From: Octopus vulgaris
Lineage: Eukaryota
DNA length: 64,000 bases
NCBI GenBank assembly: GCA_951406725.2
Contig: OX597823.1
Span: forward strand, 28,830,001 to 28,894,000
Direction of reading: 5' to 3'
The position numbers and the translations under genes were made by a program. Below the pieces are notes generated by a model that was not told the origin of the DNA, ran no database searches, and saw only the letters and a list, made by a program, of their open reading frames with translations. How positions within the stretch are numbered: position 1 is the stretch's first letter; every line of letters begins with the position of its first letter. Below are positions 56,132 through 64,000 of this stretch, piece after piece.

Positions 56132-56764
56132 GTGTGTACGAATGTATATTTAAAACTTGTAATTTTTTTATATAACACATTTATTAACAAGCCTATGTGG
56201 TATGTTTCTGTGAAAATAGTTTTTACTATGTATTGTAGAATATTTTTAATGATCTGAGTCCATTTCCCTCTCCGCCTCTTCATCTCTCATTGCCCCTCTT
56301 TTCTCCCTCTGTCCATCTCAAAGTTTCTTTTCTCGCCTACCTCTCTCATTTTAATCGCTCGTTCTCAGTCACCTCTCTATCTCTCTCTCTCTGTCTTTCT
56401 CAAATCCGCTTTAATAATGATACCTTAACAGGTACCTGCTCGCTATATTCAAAGTGTTTATAACATCAAACAAATCCATTTGAAACCAATATCTGTGTAT
56501 TGATATATTTCCTTTCAGCCTTATATACAATTTATTTCCTAGTTTTCAAATGAAGTTTTCCACATCGCTACTTATAGGCATATACATACATGCGTACGAA
56601 AATACACACGAACACTCTTAAAATCATTTATTCATACATGCATATAAAATTACATATGTATGTGCGTATGTGTGTGTATTCTTTTGTTCGTTTACTTGCT
56701 TCAGTCATCTGACTGCAGCCATACCGGATCACTGCCTGAAAGGGTATGTGTATGTGTATGTATG

Positions 56765-56796
<32 letters not shown>

Positions 56797-56951
56797 TGTA
56801 TGTATGTATGTATGTATGTATGTATGTATGTATGTATGTATGTATTTAAAGTTTATCCAAACATGAAAACACAAAGAGAAAACACAACAACGCAAGGATG
56901 TGGGACAAATATAGTACTATTGGACGCTCAGGAAGGAAGGGAAGAAGGAGT

Positions 56952-56986
56952 GTTTTACGCTTCGAGCGGAGCTCTTCGTCAGAAAC
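56952..56986 (-). ncRNA. Minimal type I hammerhead ribozyme motif (one core substitution) in a Penelope-like pLTR fragment (~56850-57060)
   Basis: Reverse complement: GTTT-CTGACGA-a-GAGC-tcc-GCTC-GAAg-cg-T-A-AAAC. Stems I and II are perfect; A15.1 is replaced by G. Confidence 0.7.
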
Positions 56987-57747
56987 TTAGGAAAAGGAAA
57001 GACCCAAAGAAGGGAAGACGGAGGAAAAAATCGCCAACGGTACACACGCGGTCACATTATGTGTATGTATGTATGTATATGTGCTTATACTGTCGCATCC
57101 TTCACTTGTATAAGTCTGCTGCAACAAGTGTCAAGAATCCGGTGCTTATTAGGATGCAGGAGTTTGCTTGACATTACCTTCTGTCAGAGGAGCAGCGAAA
57201 AAGCTGAAAGGAGTCATCTACCCTGGATCTGTAGGGGTGACTGAGAATAACTTTCTTCCAAAGGGAAGTCTGAAACATGCCAATTACTTTGTAGTTGGAA
57301 CCCTAACAGTTGTTGCTACGCCGGCTCAGGGTAAACCTGGGTGCAACAGTGGCTAAGAGATCGTTCCACACGCCTCGAAACTCTGCAACTGCCAAACGAA
57401 CGTCCCCACCATCACCACTACTGTTACATCAATTTAAATGGATAGCAATCCTCACCTGCATAAATACATAGAATTAGATTAAATTTCAATTAAAGACCAT
57501 CTGTTTTAATTAAAATTCAATTTAATTATATGTATTTATGCAGCATTTAAATCAATGTAATGCTTGCATTGTTCAGTTGAATGGAGTCACTTGAAACGAT
57601 CGTACTGCATTTCCTCTGGGTATCCACTTGCTAATTTTGATTTTAATCACTTTATTTTCAAACTATATGAATAATACCTTACTACATTCTGGTGCCTAAA
57701 CTTAAGTACCTAATTCATACGAATATATATATAAATGTATATATATG

Positions 57748-57830
<83 letters not shown>

Positions 57831-57857
57831 TTATATAAATCACAGACACACAAGCAT

Positions 57858-57922
<65 letters not shown>

Positions 57923-57924
<2 letters not shown>

Positions 57925-58088
57925 CGACTGGCTTCTTTCAGTTTCCGCCTAGCAAATCCACTCACAAGGCTTTGTTTGGTCCGAGGCTATAGTAGAAGGC
58001 ACTTGCTCAAGTTGCCACGCAGTGGGATTGAACTCGGAAAGATATGATTGGTAAGCAAGCTACTTACCACAGAGTCACTCCTGCGCCT
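57923..58088 (-). mobile_element. SINE family B, 5' part
   Basis: Reverse match to the family B head, ending at its internal microsatellite. Confidence 0.85.
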
Positions 58089-58101
58089 ATATATATATGT
58101 T

Positions 58102-58164
<63 letters not shown>

Positions 58165-59614
58165 GCTTATATGTATATATATGTGTGTGTGTGTGTGTGT
58201 GTATTATACATACATATTTGTGTGTGTATAAACATGCATGAATAAATGTTCATGTCCACACGCATAGTGATTTATTCCCTGTTTCTGAGATGATCAAGAT
58301 ATTTAAAGATTTCGACAATAATAGCCGTAAGGACGGCGACAATGGCAACATTACCATTTTCGCTTTCCCAAACATGATATGAAAGAAGAAAATGTTGAAC
58401 TCCAGCTGGTTCCTGTTGGAAACGCAAATTTGGCTGTCCTGAATTACGATAAACTCTTCCCCCACTTCTAACCCTGTGGTTGTTCGTGTGTTTATTCCAA
58501 TAGTTCCGCCAAGACATTTAAGATGACATTTGACGTACTTGTGCTGTAACCAGGCAAGGGCGACCATTTGTGTGTCAGCTAAAATTAATTGAAGCAATCA
58601 CTGACCAATATATTGGACAATAAGTGCCAATCGAGACACATGACAATGGCAGCATAGAGAGACGGCAATGTCAATATGTTCAGCGGTTGGACAAATTTCC
58701 TTCCAATATTTCTGAAGAGCCTTCTCTTTTCACACTGATTTATTCTTTACTGGAATTGTGAATTTAACCGAATTCGCATTATGTTTTGCTCCATACCTTA
58801 TTTATCATGTGACCATACATTCTTTAGAATTCTTTTCTTCACCGTCTTCTTTTCAATCACAACATGCAACCTTGCAAAACAACCTACTCAGCTTTGTTTT
58901 CGATTCTCTCTTTCCACTTTGGGTCTTCTTTCGTTGTTGATTTATAACTTCAACAATTTCTTCAGTAACACCAGGAATTTTACATCATTTATATTCGGCC
59001 TCTTTCGTAGCTTTTTACTTCCAGTTACCATATAAACTTACAATTTCTTTCAGGCCCCCTCTCTTGTCTCTTGTAATCTCTAAAGTAAGCTCCATTTTCC
59101 TGCCGTAATATTCTTTTCCACTATAACTTATTTTTAGCTTCAACACTATATATTTCTACCTCATGATTACTTAATCTTTCTCATATTTTTCTCCGTCAAT
59201 TTCCTATTCTGTGTAACCACATTCTTCATCTTTTACTCTTTTGATGACTTTTGACTTCTCCAACTGAGTCAACCATTATTTTTTCACTCTGATATTTTTC
59301 TAGCTTAGAGGCCTTTGCTCTGTAACTGGTAACATCTTATTTTTCGTTTTATTTATGTATTAATTTTCTGTATCGTATTTCACCAGGCTAGCGCATATCA
59401 TGACAATTCTGCTGTCACTTTGACCACTTATGTAGCAGTAGTGCATAAATAACCGCACTTATCTTGATATGCCAAGAGACATTCACCTGAAGATCTAATT
59501 TCGTTAACGCACTTCTACAATAAACTTTTCTTTGAAATTACAGATATAGAAAACAATGTTGTTATCGAGAGACTATGCTAAACAAGTCTAAAAAGGACTA
59601 AGACAGTTAAACTT

Positions 59615-59740
59615 AGATCGACCTTGCCTTTCATCCTCTTTGGAACGATAAAATAAGTCCCAGTTGAGCACTGGGGACGTTGTAATCGACTCATCCCCTC
59701 TCCCAAAATCACTTCCCATGCGGCAAAATTTGAAACCATT
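59615..59740 (+). mobile_element. Partial SINE family A
   Basis: cgaccttgcctttcatcctctttggaacgataaaataagtcccagttgagcactgggg. Confidence 0.7.
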
Positions 59741-60031
59741 ATTATTATTGCTCTTGTTGTTGTTGTTCCTCTTATTATTATAATTGCTATCCCTGCTATT
59801 AATATAAATAATAAAGCATTCAATTTATAGAAAGAAACTTTGTCTATATACAATCGTTCATCAAAATACAGTAAATGCTGGAATCGATAAAACGTCAGGC
59901 AATATATATTTATTTCTTTAGTGCCCACGGGGAGGGGGCTAAACAGAGAAGGAACAAACAAGGATAGACAAAGGGATTAAGTCGATTACATCGGCCCCAG
60001 TGCGATACTGGTACCCATGTGGTCTAAAGTA

Positions 60032-60103
60032 TCCCATGTGGTCTAGTGGTTAGGATTCCTGGCTTTCACCCAGGCGGCCCGGGTTCGATTCCCGGCATGG
60101 GAA
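60032..60103 (+). tRNA. tRNA-Glu(TTC)
   Basis: 72 nt. Acceptor stem TCCCATG/CATGGGA plus discriminator A; D-arm/A-box TGGTCTAGTGGTTAGGA; anticodon arm CCTGG-CT-TTC-AC-CCAGG; T-arm CCGGG-TTCGATT-CCCGG. Confidence 0.96.
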
Positions 60104-60109
60104 CTTGAA

Positions 60110-60115
60110 TTTTTT
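60110..60115 (+). terminator. RNA polymerase III terminator (T6) for tRNA-Glu
   Basis: Run of six T beginning 7 nt after the tRNA 3' end. Confidence 0.75.
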
Positions 60116-60116
60116 A

Positions 60117-60348
60117 AGGCGGCGAGCTGGCAGAAACGTTAGCACGTCGGGCGAAATGCTTAGCGGTATTTCGTCTGTCGTTACGTTGTGAGTTCAAATT
60201 CCACCGAGGTCGACTTTACCTTTCATCCTTTCGGGGTCGATAAATTAAGTAGCAGTTACGCACTGGGGTCGATGTAATCAACTTAATACCTATGTCTGTC
60301 CTTGTTTGTCCCCTCTATGTTTAGCCCCTTGTGGGTAATAAAGAAATA
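60117..60348 (+). mobile_element. SINE family A immediately downstream of tRNA-Glu
   Basis: Close match to the first unit of 32770-33003. Confidence 0.9.
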
Positions 60349-60665
60349 GGTACTTATTTAATCGACCACGAAAAAATGAAAGACAAATTCGACCTCGGCG
60401 GAATTTGAACATAGAACGTAGTGACAGACGAAATACGGCCTCAGCATTTCGCGCGGCGGGCAAACGATTCTGCCAGCTCGTCGCCTTCGTCGTGCAATGT
60501 ATGTTGTGCATTTAATTAAGCACCTGTAAAACTTGACTTCAACTCCTACGAAAATCATTTCAACTTACGTTGCTGAAGCTACGAAAATATAAATTCCAGT
60601 GCATTACTTACCGATCGCTCGACTGCTCTCTACTGCCAAATCTGTCCTTTGGCGGTATTATAAGG

Positions 60666-60719
<54 letters not shown>

Positions 60720-60740
60720 GTGTGTGTGTATATATATATG

Positions 60741-60788
<48 letters not shown>

Positions 60789-60791
60789 CAT

Positions 60792-60861
<70 letters not shown>

Positions 60862-61127
60862 CATACACATATACTATTTCATCTGCAGCCTCATTTTATT
60901 ATATGCATCTACATGAATTAGAATTTAGGCTTTTTCTCCCTAATCTATTCTACTGATAATCATTATTTCTCTTTCACTAACAGATAAATTATCTCCTCTC
61001 CAACACTCAGCCCACACACTAGACCCATGCATACACAAATACATACTTGCACATGCATGTGTATGTAAATATGTATATATATATATATATAAAATATATA
61101 TAAAATACGCTTACACACACATACACA

Positions 61128-61400
61128 GACGCGTAAGTTCGTGAGTTCAATTCCCGGTGACGCGTTGTGTCCTTGAGCAAGACACTTTATTTCACGTTGC
61201 TGCAGACCACTCTGCTGGCAAAAATGAATTGTACCTGTAATTCAAAGGAGCCAGTCTTGTCACGCTGAATCTCTCCGAGAACTACGTTAAGGGTACACGT
61301 GTCTGCGGAGTGCTCAGCCACTCGTACGTTAATTTCACGAGCAAGCTCTTCCGTTGATCGGATCAGCTGGGACCCTCGTCGTCGTAACCGACTGAGTGCT
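61128..61400 (+). mobile_element. SINE family C
   Basis: gagttcaattccc B-box; gtgtccttgagcaagacac; tail shared with 7982 and 32172. Confidence 0.85.
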
Positions 61401-61761
61401 CCTAAGTGGACGTTGTTTAGTAAAAGACTATATGTGCTCATACACATACAGATAGATACACACACACGAACGCACATACAGACACGCACACACACACATA
61501 TGTATAGGTATGCGTGAGTACATGTGCATAATGTTATATCTATATGAGTGTATTTATTTGACTGTGTGTTGATAATTATGTAATAGCCTGCAGTTGTACA
61601 ATAGATTTTATACATTCGTATGCTTCAAACATATTGTATATAATAGATGTGTGCATATATGTGTGTGAGTGTGTGTGCATGCGTGTTTGTGTGTGTTTTC
61701 ATGCGTGTGGCGGGTCGTATGTATGTTTCCTGTTATGTTAGTATGCGGTTAATTCAGTATT

Positions 61762-61890
61762 GAGGTCGACTGTGCTTTTCATCCTTTCGGGGTCAATAAA
61801 TTAAGTACCAGTTGCGTACTGCTGTCCGTCCAATCGACTGGCCCCCTCCCCCCTAAAATTCCAGGTCTTGTACCTAGAATAGTAAAGAAT
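61762..61890 (+). mobile_element. 5'-truncated SINE family A
   Basis: gaggtcgactgtgcttttcatcctttcggggtcaataaattaagtaccagttgcgtactg. Confidence 0.8.
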
Positions 61891-63943
61891 GTTGAATACT
61901 TTGAGATACTTTTTCGACCAAAGGTAATTTCAACTGTTTGGATATAAAATGTATTTTTGTACATTCCACGGTCCAATTTGCGTTATATATTTCCCTTACG
62001 TGACTCATATCGTTATAGCGATGGTTAACACAAGTATTCTCTCTTTTCTACGTATCCCAATGATATATTCACTTCACAAAGCAGAACTTTCCGTAGCGTG
62101 CGCCATGCTACGAAGTAAAATGGCAGCAAATTGCTTGATAACGTGTTTCATAATTTGACTCCGTTTATTCCTTCACTGCATAGACTTAGTATGGTTATTC
62201 CCAGCTGATTTTAATTTATATAAATATATTTTGATGGCACTATGTTTTGTTTTTCCTATCGAGCTGACACGTTTATAAAAAAACTCCTACCTAGCTACAT
62301 GTATACCACATGTGTGTGTGTTTGTGTTTGTGTGTGTACATGTGGGCGTGTATATGAAACGAAGTGGATGAAACAAATGCGTGTGATTTGTTATACGAAT
62401 TGCGATGATAAGGCCCACGCCGTTTTCGTTTTGACCATAAACACAAGACAAAGGCACTACGACAGCAAGAGGTGTGTCCTACTGAAGCTAACCACTAGTT
62501 ATTCGATGTACTAAGGTCTGTCTGAAAAAATACCCGCCCACCAAGCACTGCTTTAGGAAATCTGCTATTGAGAAAAATATGAGGGAGACAAAGAGATAAA
62601 TCTAATACGCCATTACTTTATAGATAGATATTGGTCGCTTTAGATTGGATAAAAAACCATATTGACCTCGGTGAAATTTGAATTCAGGAATAAGTAATCT
62701 GAAAATATGTGCTGTGTGCATCCTGTTTTGAACGTATCACTTGTTGCTTCGATGTTTCACTTCATATTTAGTCCTCCTACATAACCCTTGCCTTGAAAGA
62801 GCACGAGCTTGCGTCAGCTCCCATTTTAAAGACATGGTTTTGATCAGTTGCCGTTATATTTGATTTTGACTGTGTGCTACATAAACGCTTATTTAAAGAT
62901 GTTGATTGGTTTTGGTTTTTGGGCACCGAAATCTAACTTTCGTATTCTTCCGATTTTAGACAACGAGAATATTGTCAATACCAGATACACCAACCAGTGA
63001 CCAGTAAGTATTTAATAACACTGCGGTAGTTAAAAATGAGATCTTAAAAAGAAGAAACACTCGACATCCCGGATCTACCATCGAATCCGGCTACAGAAAA
63101 CAGATAGGCCAATGAATTACCAAATGAGGAAACGACACCCATAGACATAAGCATAATAAAATAATATTTTGAATTCTAAACAATAAGTATATACAAATAT
63201 ATGAATACGATTCATTATTCATTTTAAAAGCTCACCAAATACAATGACAGTTTCAAAATATATTTATATTGCTTATCTGAGGCATCCGTAAAAAGAAGTA
63301 ATTTTATATCCCTGGACATACAGAAAGACGACATCACAGAGATAGAAGGTTTAGCTTCGAAGTCACTACCCTCGTTTGACCTCAGGTAAGATGACTAAAA
63401 TTAACTAAGAACCTTAGACTTTAACCCTTCTCAGCATTATAAATGTTATTGCTTATGTTTTCACATTTATTGCATTTGCAGATTAATGTCTGATATAACA
63501 GATAATGGAAAGTAGAAGTTTCTAGAAGCTATTTTATTCACTCTAACGCCAATAAATCCTTCAAATATCATAAAATACTATAAACGTAAATGAAAATAGC
63601 CTGGTGGTACAAAGAATGTCATTCGGTTGGCTTAGTTCCTGGAATATTTTTGACAGAAATATGTCCGAATATAGCAAGGTAATGTTACGTTCAAGATATA
63701 TAAGTCTATAAAAGAATACATTATTTATTAGAATTATCATTGCTCTCGTTCATATTAACGTATTTGTTATATAACTTGCTTCAAACATTCACCGAATGAG
63801 TATGTAAGTATACGGATATATGCATACCTTCACACAAACACTGAGGCACATACATATATAAATGTGCGTGTGTGTGAGTGAATGAGTGAATGAGTGTGCG
63901 TACGTGTGTGTATGTGTATAAATATATACATATATACGTATAA

Positions 63944-64000
<57 letters not shown>

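Larger units (their letters stand above)
59908..60488 (-). mobile_element. SINE family A (minus), split at GGTAC into 59908-60014 and 60349-60488
   Basis: Joining the halves restores the family sequence ccccagtgcg..actggtactta.tt.atcgacc..gacctcggcggaatttgaac. Confidence 0.85.

Noticed and set aside
58250-58700. Coding-looking segment with a 115-aa ORF
   Set aside because: No frame on either strand gave a motif I can identify. Probably a decayed transposon; needs BLASTx.
58740-59340. Possible very old RTE-like LINE remnant on the minus strand
   Set aside because: Too decayed to support beyond base composition and vague motifs.

Overview
AT-rich eukaryotic DNA with many microsatellites, almost certainly from an octopus or other coleoid cephalopod. 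This is inferred from a squid-calexcitin-like exon, the tRNA-derived SINE repertoire and the extreme (TA)n/(GATA)n/(GTAT)n load. Only two host genes are well supported. One is the first coding exon of a calexcitin (sarcoplasmic Ca2+-binding, EF-hand family) gene on the minus strand (36859-36925); I could not find its other coding exons in the window. The other is an intact tRNA-Glu(TTC) gene (60032-60103). The rest is intronic/intergenic transposon debris: about four SINE families, mariner, maT-like, Tigger and Tc2-like DNA transposons, a Helitron helicase fragment, one young 5'-truncated RTE LINE with a TSD, and several decayed R4/Dong-type LINE fragments. Nearly all ORFs in the track are microsatellite artefacts. 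Three signals stand out. (1) Several minimal type-I hammerhead-ribozyme motifs lie in short Penelope-like repeats, including two copies with a compensatory G3:C8 core (GUGAACA instead of CUGAnGA). (2) The tRNA-Glu gene appears to sit, together with a SINE, inside another SINE. (3) Several long fold-back inverted repeats lie within the presumed calexcitin transcription unit. Repeat boundaries were read by eye and are approximate.
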